From Octopus vulgaris (taxonomy: Eukaryota), in NCBI GenBank assembly GCA_951406725.2, contig OX597815.1:105710001-105774000 (forward strand): a stretch of DNA of 64,000 nucleotides, in the 5' to 3' direction. A model generated the notes under the pieces. That model ran no database searches. It was given only the letters and a program-made list of their open reading frames with translations, and had not been told where the DNA came from. Made by a program: the position numbers and the translations under genes. This document shows, one piece after another, positions 12,730 through 25,297 of this stretch (position 1 is the first letter of the stretch; every line of letters starts with the position of its first letter).

Positions 12730-13529
12730 CAGAGTGATTGAAAAGTAACTCCATATGGTACCTCACTATGCTGCAAGATGAGATCTGGTCAGTTATCATT
12801 ATGCTCAAATGTTGCTTTTTATGTGCTACTGGCACAGTTGCCAATCATGCAACGACAATGACTTCTCTTGACTCAACAGGTCTTCGTAAGTGCACTTTAT
12901 TGCCCAATGGGTCTACCTCTTCCACAGGTTCCCTCTACTGCTAGGGTGTGACACTTTTTCACACAGCTGTCCTCATCCATACACAACACATGATCATACC
13001 TGTGCAGTTTTCTCTCTTGCATACCACATCTGATGCTTCTTATGTCCAACTTTTCTCTCATGGCACTTACACTCTATCGTGATTTGATTTTCATGCAAAT
13101 GGCACTCCTCCACATTTTGCTCTTGTTATTCAAGAATGATGGAATTCCTACTTCCCCAGGAGATGGATGGGCCATCGTAGTCCACATGAGTGGCCAGCCA
13201 GGAGTCCTGACTTAACACCCTGTGATTTCTTTCTTTGGGGTTGGTTAAAGGAACAAGTTTATCATACTAAATGAAAGACTTTGGAAGAACTTGAAGGGTG
13301 AATACGAGAAGTTATGTCTTCCATCCCACAAGAGTCCCTGGTGAAATCATTTGATGCAATTCCCAGGCAACACAAGAAGCTAGTGGCAACATCTGTGGCC
13401 CATCTTGAATTTTAAATTAAACCTTATACTAAATGCTTTCCTCCCATATCCATTTTTTTTTGTAAAAATTACGATTAATAAATAATTTATAAGTATTTTA
13501 AAATAAGGAGTTACTTTTCAATCACCCTA
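12730..13529 (+). mobile_element. Tc1/mariner (DD41D/rosa-like) internally deleted element carrying a 285-bp insert
   Basis: TIRs cagagtgattgaaaagtaactcc and ggagttacttttcaatcaccct, flanked by TA. Transposase C-terminal remnant at 13081-13400 reads WPARSPDLTPCDFFLWGWLKEQVY. Confidence 0.8.
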
Positions 13530-13644
13530 TATATTATGTAACAGACAGGAATATCACCGTTTATAAATTTATCTTTCAAAGACTTACAAATATATATATT
13601 TTTGTTTACTTTTCAAAATGCTTTGCTTTTCTTTTTTATTTATA

Positions 13645-13995
13645 TCATATATCTGATTTTTAACAACTCAGCTCTCTTGACTGTTACATATGGGACATAG
13701 TCAAGAGAGAGATCAACCAGCACTTCCATAACACTATACAATCTTTCAAGTTCACCATAACCAGCACTGTATCCAAAATTGATAAAGATCATCTGATTTG
13801 GGCATGCCAATGCTTCCAGCCCTGTACTGTTGCAGCAATTGATGCTAACAGTGGATTCATTGAATAGGTGTGATAGAAGGATTCTCAAGGTTATTTGTAC
13901 TTATTTGTTTTCAAATATACCTTTTCTTCAACGAGCTATGTGTCTTTTTCTAAATTCATACAAATGACCTTAAAAAAAACTGGCCCATCATGTGT
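13645..13995 (+). mobile_element. maT/DD37D-like transposase C-terminal remnant
   Basis: Translates as SSLDCYIWDIVKREINQHFHNT...ACQCFQPCTVAAIDANSGFIE*, similar to the C-terminus of the 19678-20659 element. Confidence 0.55.
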
Positions 13996-13997
13996 AC

Positions 13998-14048
<51 letters not shown>

Positions 14049-14049
14049 C

Positions 14050-14310
14050 ATAGACACTAACACATTGTGTCTTCGAGCAAGACACTTTATTTCACATTCC
14101 TCCAGTCCACTTAGCTGGCAAAAGAGTTATACCAGTAATTCAATGGGCCAGCCTTGTTACATTCTGTCATGCTGAATTCCCCTGAGAACTACATTAAGGG
14201 TATACATGTCTGTGGAGTGCTCAGCCACTTGCACACTAATTTCACGAGCAAGCTGTTCTCTTGATTGGATCAACTGGAACCCTCATTGTCGTAACTGACG
14301 GAGTAACAGT
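14050..14310 (+). repeat. SINE family B copy
   Basis: cttcgagcaagacactttatttcac...ccagtccacttagctggcaaaa...gtggagtgctcagccacttgcac...ggatcaactggaaccctc, followed by (GTA)n. Confidence 0.7.
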
Positions 14311-15224
14311 AGTAGTAGTAGTAGTATATAATACATAGAGGCTCTATTGTGTGATTAAGAAGTTTGTTTGGGGTTCAGTTCTAGTGTGTAGTATTTAAAC
14401 AAGTATCTTCTATAGCTCAAATATACATATTTTTGATTTATGCCTTCTTGAGTGTGCCAACCCTAAGGGTGTGGGAGGTGTGGGCCATGTGACCCTGGGA
14501 TGGGGGACAGCAGCATCATGTACCTGAAAAGAAAGCTCGCATTTGGCAGAATTCATAAACAAACAACAGCCTTCAACCTGCATACACTACGCCATCATTT
14601 TTATGCACTATATGATCACAACCTTACATAGAAGATAGACCCTAAGTAGGGGTGGGGATGGCATTAAGCCTTTAGAAGTGTTCATGGGAGACAACCGAAG
14701 GCTGTCAGAGGATAGCGACTTCCAGTACTGGTGGTGGTGGTGGGGGTGAGAGGATAAGAACTTCCAGTATGGGCGGGTGGGGTTAGCGGGCAAGCCACAA
14801 AACAGCAATACCAGTGTTAGGAATGGCATGCTAATAGCAGATAGAATTTAAAACTCTTAGAATTTTCGGTCAGCCAGTCTGTGACAAAATTAGAGAAATG
14901 AATAATTGACGATGTGACAAAGGTAAATAGATGCATGAATAAGTGACGATAAAGGTATTCATGTGAACTTAAGTTTGTTTTTAAGACGGAAGACAAAAAC
15001 TATGTTTATAGAACTAAGAGGGGATTATGATCTGCACTGAAATAGAGGTAATAGATGTACCGAGTTGGAAAAAAAATAACAATACCGTTGTTAGGAATGG
15101 CATATTAATAGTAGATAGAACTTAAGGCTCTTAGAATTTTCAGTCAGCCAATCTGTGACAAAATTAGAGAAGTGAATAATTGATGATGTGACAAAGGTAA
15201 ATAGATGCATGCATATATGACTTA

Positions 15225-15377
15225 CACAAGATACCATTAAGCAAACACCTAGAAGTATGCGGAAATGGAAAATTTAAAATTATCCCATTCTACAAATGCT
15301 CACGGAATGACCCGGAATACCATAAAGCTATGGAACTGCACTTCATAGAAAAATTTAGCCCAAAATTGAATGACTAA
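15225..15377 (+). mobile_element. Penelope-like GIY-YIG endonuclease C-terminal fragment
   Basis: Translates as HKIPLSKHLEVCGNGKFKIIPFYKCSRNDPEYHKAMELHFIEKFSPKLND*, with the E-x2-FI...PKLN terminus typical of GIY-YIG domains. Confidence 0.6.
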
Positions 15378-16520
15378 AAAAAGTAAAAGTAGTAAAAAAA
15401 ATCAATGATGATGTGATACACACAAAAAAGGATAAAAAACCTCTTTCTATATCTTTATATACAAATGAAAGAATTCTCCCTTTTCTTTTTTTATATATAC
15501 AATTATGCATCTTAAACTTCTGGGTATGAGTATAACAAAAAATAATAACTACACCCATCAAATTCATGGCCTCAACATCAGACCATGTTTGGTGGAGAGA
15601 ACATGCTAAGGCCTTCATCCTGCAGTTGACTGAACACAGGCAACCTAATCCAATCCAATCCATGTATACATAATGGCAGGTAATCCAGTGTAGGGAAATC
15701 CAAGAATTAGGTGCTCCAAATCATAGTCGGAAGGACATAGATCTGTATGAGCATGCAATAAAAGACAAATTGGAAATAAAAATAAAGCAAAACAACAAAA
15801 TACTAAAGGATGCACACAGTGAATATTGACATTCAGTTTGAGATGGAAAAAAAGAGGGTGGGGTGTAGTGTTTTGAGCATGGCTTTTTGTTAGAAAGTGG
15901 AAAGGTCCAAAAAGAAGGAAAAAATAGTCCAAGAAAAATGTATGTGTAGTTGCGCTTTTCTTGGACTATTTCTTCCTTCTCTCCAGACTTTTCTTTCTGA
16001 CAAAAAGTTACATTTGTAATGTCACACACCTCCACTTTTTTCCATCTTAAATTAAGCATCAACCTAATTCAGGAAACCTCTGGAAGAAGTCCAACATAAT
16101 GGGCACTATGGATAACATAGCTGATGTGAACCCCATAACTTTGTGTGGGGTTTGAGAAAATACATAGCTAAACTGTATCAATGACTTTACAAATTTTCCA
16201 CAAACAGAAAATTTACAACAAATTCATAATTATATTGTGACACTTGAAAATGATATAGGACTTGAAGAAGCCATTGTTATTTATTCCCTGTCATGTTTCT
16301 CTTCAAATGTTTTATTTATATATATTGTGTTGTGTATGTTCAGAAATTATTTTCATGCATAAAAGTTGGTTGTGTTGATTTTTTTTCTTCTTGTTGTTTT
16401 CCAAAAAGTCTGTTGGAATGCATTCTCACTTTATGACATGAATATAAATGGAAAAATTAATTTTGCATTACAGCAAGATGTTCAGGATCACATTTCTCTT
16501 GTAACTCAGAAGATTCCTGC

Positions 16521-16558
<38 letters not shown>

Positions 16559-16561
<3 letters not shown>

Positions 16562-16712
16562 GGGGAAGAATTCACCAAAAAAAACAAAAGACAAAGACAG
16601 GTGGTGTACACAGCAAACAGATGTATTAGTTTCATGCTCGGGAATTGAAAAAGTCTTTAATGTTTCAAGCTTATGCTCTTGCACAGAAAGAAGCACAAAA
16701 AGAAACAAGGAG
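16559..16712 (-). repeat. Penelope-like pseudo-LTR remnant (paralog of 57405-57596)
   Basis: Reverse complement reads ctttctgtgcaagagcataagcttgaaacattaaagacttttt...ctaatacatctgtttg, which aligns to 57456-57570. Inserted next to (TA)n. Confidence 0.55.
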
Positions 16713-16715
16713 ATA

Positions 16716-18215
16716 TCGTCGTTTACTGTCTACTTTGCATGCTGGCTTGGGTTGGATGGTTTGACTGACAGCTGGCAAGCCAGAAGGCTACACCAGGCTC
16801 CAATCTGATCTGGCAAAGTTTCTACGGCTGGATGACCTTCCTAACACCAACCATTCCGAGAGTGTAGTGGGTGCTTTTTACGTGCCACTGGCACAAGGGC
16901 CACTCAGGTGGTACTGACATCAAACACGCTTCAATGGTGCTTTATACGTGCCACTGGCATGGGAACCAGTCAGGCGGCACTGGCAATGATTATGCTCAAA
17001 TGTTGCTTTTTATGTGCTACTGGCACAGTTGCCAATCATGCAACGACAATGACTTCTCTTGACTCAACAGGTCTTCGTAAGTGCACTTTATTGCCCAATG
17101 GGTCTACCTCTTCCACAGGTTCCCTCTACTGCTAGGGTGTGACACTTTTTCACACAGCTGTCCTCATCCATACACAACACATGATCATACCTGTGCAGTT
17201 TTCTCTCTTGCATACCACATCTGATGCTTCTTATGTCCAACTTTTCTCTCATGGCACTTACACTCTATCGTGAATGCATACTGACATTACACATCCAGTG
17301 GAGCATACTAGCTTCATTCCTTGCAAGCTTATGCATGTCCTCTGCAGTCATGGCCCATGTTTCACTGCCGTGTGGCATGGTTGTTCACACACATACATCA
17401 TACTGTCTACCTTTTACTCTGAGCGAGAGGCCCTTTGTCACTAGAAGAAGTAGGAGCTTTCTGAACTTTGCCCAGGTTATTCTTATTCTAATAGCTACAC
17501 TCTCAGAGCATCGATCCCCGCTACTGACTTGGTCACCTAGGTAACGGAAGCTATCAGTCAGTTTTATTTTTTTTCCCCTAGCATGTAACGGAAGCTGTTT
17601 TCTGCACATTTTCAGTTTTTACCTGAGCATTTGCCACACACAAAAACTATCTTCCCAGTTAGCCTTCCTTTGATATTGTTGCACCTCTTATGTGTCCATA
17701 GGTACTGTCAATTCGGATAGCTGGTCCCTCTGTTGGGTCAACATTCGGCAGACTATCTTGCAAACATATTTCTCTCTTATGACATCACAATTCTCTCTCA
17801 CACACTGTCTTGCAACACAAAACACTTCATGTCTTTGTCCTCACAACGCAGAACATTGGCAAATAAATTTTCTTATCTGTTTCCTCTTTGGCTAAGTAAA
17901 CCTGTCTCCTAGCTTCCCTTATGGCAATCTGATATAATTCCCTGCTACCATCATTCTTCCATGCCTGTTTCTTTTCCCTAATGGACCTGTCAGCTACATT
18001 GTTCCACAACCGTGTTAAGTTGGGTCGAGAGAGGACTTTACACCATCCACAGATCTGGTCAATAACCTTCAACAGGTTGTCCCGTAGGAACCTCCAGTTG
18101 TCTTCCACATCATGTGATGCTATATCCTCCTCTTTTCGTCAAAAGCTTCGAGTAATACATCTCTAAATTTCTGTCCATTCACAGGATCCTTAAGCTTCCA
18201 GACCCTTCTCCATGC
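16716..18215 (-). mobile_element. RTE LINE copy with internal deletions
   Basis: 3' UTR at 16716-17080, RT C-terminus (LTDSFRYLGDQVSS) at 17385-17609 and linker (NWRFLRDNLL...GWCKV) at 17827-18108. Confidence 0.9.
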
Positions 18216-18233
18216 TGTATATATGTGTGTGAT

Positions 18234-18700
18234 CATCATCATCATCATCATTGTTTAACATCCATTTTCCATTCTGGCATGAGTTGGACATAGAGCTGGC
18301 CAACTGGAGAGCTGTCCAGGTTCCATTTGTCTGTTCTGGTATGGTTTCTATGGCTGGATGCCCTTCCTCATGCCAACCACTTTACAGAGGATGCTGGGTG
18401 CTTTTTACCTGCCACCAGCATAGGTGCATTTATGCAGCACCAGCACAAGTGCATTTTATGTAGCACTGGCACCTGCAAAGGACAAACATGGATGGCAGTT
18501 ATTTTACTTAGCTCGATGTGTATTCTCAAGTACAGCAAATCATCACAACTCCCTGTCCCTTGCCATTTCCTCAATGAGGCCCAGTGTCCAAAGATCCTTT
18601 CTCAACACTTCATTCCACATCTTCTTGGCTCTACTCCTTCCAAGGTTCCTTCCACAATTAGAGCTTGGCATTTCTTTATGTAGCTGTCCTCAGCCATATG
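18234..18700 (-). mobile_element. RTE LINE 3' fragment
   Basis: (CAT)n tail, catccattttccat and gctggatgcccttcct. Minus ORF reads IKKCQALIVEGT. Confidence 0.8.
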
Positions 18701-18757
18701 CAAATATATATAAATATGTTTATGTATGTGTGTGTGTGCATGCAAGTATGTATATGT

Positions 18758-18789
<32 letters not shown>

Positions 18790-18829
18790 GGATGTAATGT
18801 ATACATGTGTGTGGTGGGATGTAGCTAAA

Positions 18830-19600
18830 GAAAGGACGGAGAAAATTCAGAGAGCTTTTATCTCTGTTCCCAACCAAAGGTCTCTCTCTCCGAGTGAAAT
18901 GCATATATGTGAACAGCAATGCTACATGGTAGTGAAACATGTGCCCTGAATGCAGGAAACATGTGAAGGCTAGAGAAGAATGAAGCTAGTATACTCTGCT
19001 AGATGTGCAATGTAAGTGTACATGTGCAACAGAGTGCTAGCATACTGGTAGAGAAGTTAGACATTAGAGGAATTAGTTGGTGCATACAAAAGAGAAGGCT
19101 GCACTAGTTTGGTCATGTGATGAGAATGGATGCCAACAGCTCCAAAAAGAAGTGCCAACCACTTGAATTGGATAGAACTCATGGAAGAGGGAGACTCAGG
19201 AAGATATGGGATGAAGAACTGAAGGATGACCTCAGGATGCTGAACCTTTCAGTAGAGGTCACAAAGATCTAGATATCTGGAATTTGCTTTACTCATGAAG
19301 ACTCATCCTCCACAGCAGAAGTGTTAAGGCTGCTCCCTCTGATGAAGAGGATTGGCCTACAAGAGTCCTGTACCAGTGCCATGTAAAAAGCACTTATGCC
19401 AGCACCACGTAAAAATGCACATGCTGGTGCCTTATTAAAAGCACCCAGCACACTCTGTAAAGTGATTGGTCTTAGGAAATGCATCCAGTCATAGAAACCA
19501 AACCAAATCAGACTGGAACCTGGTGCAGCTCTCCAGCACCAGTTCTAGTCCAATCCATTCCAACATGGAAAATAGAGAATAAAGGATGATGATGATGATG
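18830..19600 (+). mobile_element. Older RTE LINE 3' fragment
   Basis: aaattcagagagctttta...gctacatggtagtgaaacatg...gaagagggagactcaggaagatatgggatga, ending in (GAT)n. Confidence 0.8.
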
Positions 19601-19677
19601 GTGTATGTGTATATGCATATGTGTATTTATACATATGTATGAATTTGCATATGCATGTACGAATATGTGTATATATA

Positions 19678-20659
19678 CAGGGTGCGATGGGTAAATTGTC
19701 ACCATTTTATATTTTTTATTTCGTGCATGTGCATTGTTTGTTTATGATTTTGTTGACTACAGAGTATAGTAGGATCAGTTGACCACCGTCTGTGAGAAAA
19801 ACAACACATGACGAAATTCACCCTGCCAGAAATTTGCAGTTGATATGCGGTACTGCTTGGTATTCATGCTGGAAGCTCCAATACAAACAGATGGTGAACA
19901 CACAGAACAACTGTTGGTTTGCTGTGTCCCCAAAGCATGTACCAAGAGTGATAAAAACCACACATCCAGTCAACATCATGGTGTTTGGACTGATCACTAG
20001 TGATGGCAATGTTATGCCCCCCCCCATCTTCCCACATGGCCTCAGACTCAACACAAAGGCCTACATCAAGTGCTTGCAGGATGTAGTGCTGTCCTGGGTT
20101 GAGAGGGTGGCATCTGGAAGTGACCACTAGTGATGGCGATGTTATGCCTCTATTCATTTTACCACATGGCCTCAGACTCAACACAGAAGCCTACATCAGG
20201 TACCTGGAGGAGATACTAGCCCTGGGTTGAGAGGATAGCAACAAGAATCTGCACAAGCAAGACAACCCACTCATGGCTGTCAGACAATTTTTGTGACTAC
20301 ATCATCCCTAACATCTGACCACCTAACTCCCCAGACTGCAACCTCCTTGATTATTATGTGTGGGGCACAGTTGAGTGAGAGACCAACAAAACTCCTTGTA
20401 ATACCAAAGATGAACTAAAGGCAAGGATTATGGCAGCATTCACCAACTTAAGCAAGAGACCGTCCAGAAGTATACAGGAGTTTCTGAAGTCGTCTGGAGG
20501 CCATGGTTGAAGCCAATGGTGATTTTATTGAATAAATTTATTCTTCAGTATTTCAAGATATTTTTATATAATTTTGCTAAACATATCTGTTAAAATCCAG
20601 ATGTTAGTGTTATTTCCATTTTTGCGTAATTTAGACGACAATATATTCACTGCACCCTG
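19678..20659 (+). mobile_element. Tc1/mariner-superfamily (maT/DD37D-like) transposon, internally deleted
   Basis: Termini TA-CAGGGTGC...GCACCCTG-TA. Transposase remnant reads HPVNIMVFGLITSDG...YIKCL and PPNSPDCNLLDYYVWG. Confidence 0.85.
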
Positions 20660-20687
20660 TACACACACACACACATATATATATTTC

Positions 20688-20975
20688 ATCATCATCACCA
20701 TCATCATCGTTTAATGTTTGTTGTCCGTGCTAGCTATGGTTGGATGGTTTGACCAGGGCTGGCAAGCTAGAAGGCTGCACCAAATTCCAGTCTGATTTGA
20801 CATGGTTTCTACAGCTAGATACCTTTCCTAATGCCAACCACTACAGGAAGGTAATGAGTGCTTTTACATGTCACCACCATGGGTGCTATTTGTGTGACAC
20901 TGGTGTCTGCCATGACTGCGTGCCTTGACAGGTCTTCTTCTCATGCACAACATAATGCCAAAGGTCTACGTCATA
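20688..20975 (-). mobile_element. RTE 3' tail fragment
   Basis: (CAT)n followed by ggtttctacagctagatacctttcctaatgccaaccac. Confidence 0.75.
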
Positions 20976-23651
20976 TACCCCCCCATACACACACACACAA
21001 AAACAGAATAAAATGGGAGATTTAGATTAACTTTTTATTGTAACGTCATAATTTCAATAGTCTTTACATGTGTGTTGCTAGTAAATATTTGTATGTTGTG
21101 TAGTAATTGCTAGGTAGTCAGTCACGTAATCCCCTAGAAACCCAGCTCTTCAGAAGAAAATAGTAATTTAATCTATTGCTGTTTACCGATCTCAGTTGGT
21201 AAGCAGTGCTAAATAAAAACTATATGAAAAATTATTACTTTCTTCTAAAGATTTGAAATCCATCTCCCTTGCAACTACTGCACAACATACTAATATTCAC
21301 TAGTAAAACATGTAAAGATGTTGTAATTTATGATGTTATAATAAAAAGGTGATATAAATTTATTATTTAATTTTTCTCTTTGATATACACTCTATATTAT
21401 TGACATGTATGTACTACCAAAAGAAAATCAGAGGATAAAATTTTTCTAATATTTGATTAGAATTTGAAAACATATGGATTTTCATAGAGTTCTAAGCATT
21501 GGCTAACCATTATGCTATCTCATTTGAATCTGCAATTTATGAATAAATATATATATATATATATATATTAAATGCTGCATGTACACGTTTGTTTGTGTGG
21601 ATGTATGTGTCAACCAATAATGGAAACTGTTATTGCTCTGGATGTCTTGGGACTAAGCAAAAACAAAAATGATATTTGTAGTGCAGCTATTTGGCAGAAT
21701 CAGTTGTGCACTGAAGCTAAATATCATAATACCTTCTTTGTACACTCTTGTGTGTTCCAAGCTGAAATTTACTATAATAAGCTTCATTGTGTATTTATCT
21801 GGATGTATATTTGTTTTCTGTCCCACTAAAGTGTAGTAGGAAAAAGGGAGACAGAAGAAAGAGAATAAACAATGAAGGAAAGATAGAGGAGGGGTGGTGA
21901 TGAGAAAGAGGAGAAAGAGAATTATAAGGTTAGTGATGGTGAAAGTGAGATTAAGAGGAAGTAAAGGAAGAGACACTCATGCTACAATGAGACATTTATG
22001 AAAATATACACAAACCCACAAGTCCTAGGCACCTATCATTTGTGCACACAGACACATCTATCAGAGAATGTGTACTAACAAACATATGGAAATAGACACA
22101 CTTGTACATATGAATATATATTCACAAGATTCATACATATAATAAAACACACCCACACACCTCTCACACTGATTAAGTGCACATGCACAAGCAAATGGAG
22201 AAATACAAACTCAACAATAGGAAAACACATATATAGATGTAATATATATAATTTTTGAATGAAAATCTGGATGGATAAGTTTAGTAATCATGAATAGATG
22301 ATCAGAAACTTATTACATGCAGAAATGAATGTTATATTTTAAATATTTGTACAGTATATGCATTATTTCTTTATCATATGAAATGCAGATATTTTTTATA
22401 AGATCTTATACTTTTTGTTTCTGTAGTTTGCTTTCTTTTCTTTTCCTTTTTGTTTTTAAATCATACAGCAACAATCTTCATTCTGATTTATTAAACAAAT
22501 ACTGGATTCTCTTTATATATATATATATAAATAATGTACACACAAATGTGTGTATATGTATGTGACTACAGCTCTAATGTCTCACACAAATTATGCAGCA
22601 TGAATTCTATTATAAATGCTCCAAAGAATCTGTTTGAAATAATAATACATACTGGCAGAATAACAACAATTCGCATTCATGTATCTTTTTCTGTAATAAA
22701 TTTTGTTGTATATTTCTTCTGTCCCACTAAATTATCCATCTGTATATCATTTTTACATAAATGTTTATCACATAGTTCAATAGTAGAACTAAGAGACTAA
22801 GAAGTTCACAAGTTCAATTCCCATAGGGAGGAAAATATTCTAAGTTGTTTATTGTTTTTATCTTCTGTTATATACTTGTGTGTGTATGTGTGCGCGCGTA
22901 TGTGTGTGTGTTTGTGTGTGTGCGCGCACACTAAAAGTAAGAAAAATCTGTGGTTTTACATAGAAGTAATGATCAAGGAAATCTGATTGGAAATACTTCT
23001 CAAAAAATGTAACAAAAATTATGCTTAATTAAGCAGAAATATCTAAGATATGTACTGTACAAGGTATATATATATATATAATATTTGAAAAATATATTTA
23101 TGTATGCATGCATGCTTAATACATGAAACTTGTAATATATTTTATACAAGAATTTATTTATATTACCTTAGGAAATATATGCATTGAGCATATATTAAAA
23201 AAAATTTGTATATATCACAGTGTATGTTTCACTGTAGCAGCTTTATGTATAGGGCATAATGATATATTCATATTATTTGTATAGAATGCAAACTACATTG
23301 CTTATTGTCAGAATATGCTACTTTTGGTAAATGAAATTTAATCATAACCCAGCCTGGCAATATGTGATGTCGTAACAAGTTTATATCAAATATATGGAAT
23401 GTATGTTATGTTAATTCATGTATTAAATACCAGTTTTAGCTTATTTCTTTTAAAATAACATCATTTTTGATGGTGCAAGTATACTAATAAATTTATACAT
23501 TCATTCTTTCATAAAATTTTTTTTAAATGTGGTTCTGGTTGTTTCACATAAAATATTTATGAACTACAACACCTCTATACTAACTATTGTACCAAATAAC
23601 ATAAAATTTATAAGTTTTGTTTTCTCTTTAAAATGTTTGCTTTTATTTCAG

Positions 23652-23823
23652 AATTATATCCCAGAACCAATAGAGAAAACATTCCCACACAATAAAACGT
23701 TCCCAGATATGGCAGACTTATCGGACTCATTCCTAGGAGAGAGTAACAGTGAAGTTTTCCCTGACTGGAATAAATACCAAATACAAGTGAAAGAACTCCA
23801 ACTCGACTTAGCATCTGAAAGGG
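23652..23823 (+). CDS. CCDC171: CCDC171-like gene, first visible coding exon (candidate ATG at 23709: MADLSDSFLGESNSEVFPDWNKYQIQVKELQLDLASER)
   Basis: Acceptor ttttatttcAG ends at 23651 and donor GTaaat starts at 23824. The exon ends in phase 1 (G), which joins AG of the next exon to give GAG (Glu). The frame is open back to the acceptor, so the true start could lie in an upstream exon. Confidence 0.65.
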
Positions 23824-24994
23824 GTAAATTTATATCAGAGTATCTTTTGTTTTTTTTGCACAAAAACTTTTCCTATGATAAATATATCTCTTCATGTGTG
23901 CTTTCAGGCATACTGATGATGTTGTACTGTACACCACAAGGTTATAGGCTCCAACTACCATTCACGTAATTATATGGAATTCATTAGTTAGGCACATTCA
24001 TTTGCTTACAAAGGTTTATGTTGTTGAGAAATTCAGCAATACTGATTTAATGGTTATCTAGACTTTTGAAGATTCACAACCTCAACTGATTACTCTAACA
24101 TTTCGTCAAAATAGAAAATTTCAAACCATACAATTATAAGAATTTAAACTATCCAATTATAAGAAAATGGGTATAACTTTTTGCTTAATGGTTTAGGAGG
24201 AGGACGAGTATTCCAATACCCCTCAGTAACATTCCCAGGCTGATGCAATTGATTTGGTTGATGTTCCGTTTGAACATATGAAGATGGAAATTTCAGAAGG
24301 TTGAAAATCTGATTATTGGAAGTGATTAATGCAGGATTTGACATTTAACATGGGGTGGAGAGACTTGTAGATCTGAGTGAAAGTGGTATGTAAGCAGCTA
24401 GTTCAATGAAGCTGGAGCTGTTGTGATAGAATAGTCAGAGAACAGACAATACATCTGTGGGTTAGAAGTTTTAATTTGTTGGTAAATGAATTTCTAATTA
24501 ATCAGGTAATCTTTGTTTAAATGTGGCTTAGGATGTTTGCATACACAGCAGGAAAACAATGTATGTATCTAATGAAAACAAAAACTAAGTCATCATGAAA
24601 ATTGTATAAAACTGCCTACAACACTATAACAGCTTCCAGACTCAAGAATATATTAAATAAAAAAAAAAGGAAAACAAAATCATCTAAACACGTTCTTCCA
24701 TATTTCAATAAATTAGCTGATTTAGACAACATTTCAACTACTTCTCAGAAACCTAAACTGTGTTTGTAATTGCTGTAGATGAAACTTCAGCAGCCAATTA
24801 CAATTGAACTTATTTTACATCTCATCAGAGAATGAACTACTGTTGTTAATATCTTTTACTTCAGCATCAATATAAACAACAAAGCAGCCTCTGTGCAGTT
24901 ACAACTAGCTTAATCTGTTAGAAATAGCTGCCAAATTTCTTTCAAATGACACCCTACCTACAGTTTAAAATTAGAAAGTCATATTTCATATTTC

Positions 24995-25297
24995 ACTTTC
25001 GAGCGTGATCATTACCAACGTCGCCTTACTAGTACCTGTGCTGGTGGCATGTGTAAAAGGATTCGAGCGAGGTCGTTGCCAGTACTGCCTGACTGGCCCC
25101 CGTGCCGGTGGCACATAAAAAGCACCCACTACACTAGGAGTGGTTGGCGTTAGGAAGGGCATCCAGCTGTAGAAACTCTGCCAAATCAAGATTGGAGCCT
25201 GGTGCAACCATCTGGTTCGCCAGCCCTCAGTCAAAATCGTCCAACCCATACTAGCATGGAAAGCGGATGTTAAACGACGATGATGATGATGATGATT
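24995..25297 (+). mobile_element. RTE 3' UTR fragment, relatively young (CpGs retained)
   Basis: Closely matches 2160-2517. Ends gttaaacgacgatgatgatg. A further short tail lies at 25843-25977. Confidence 0.85.
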
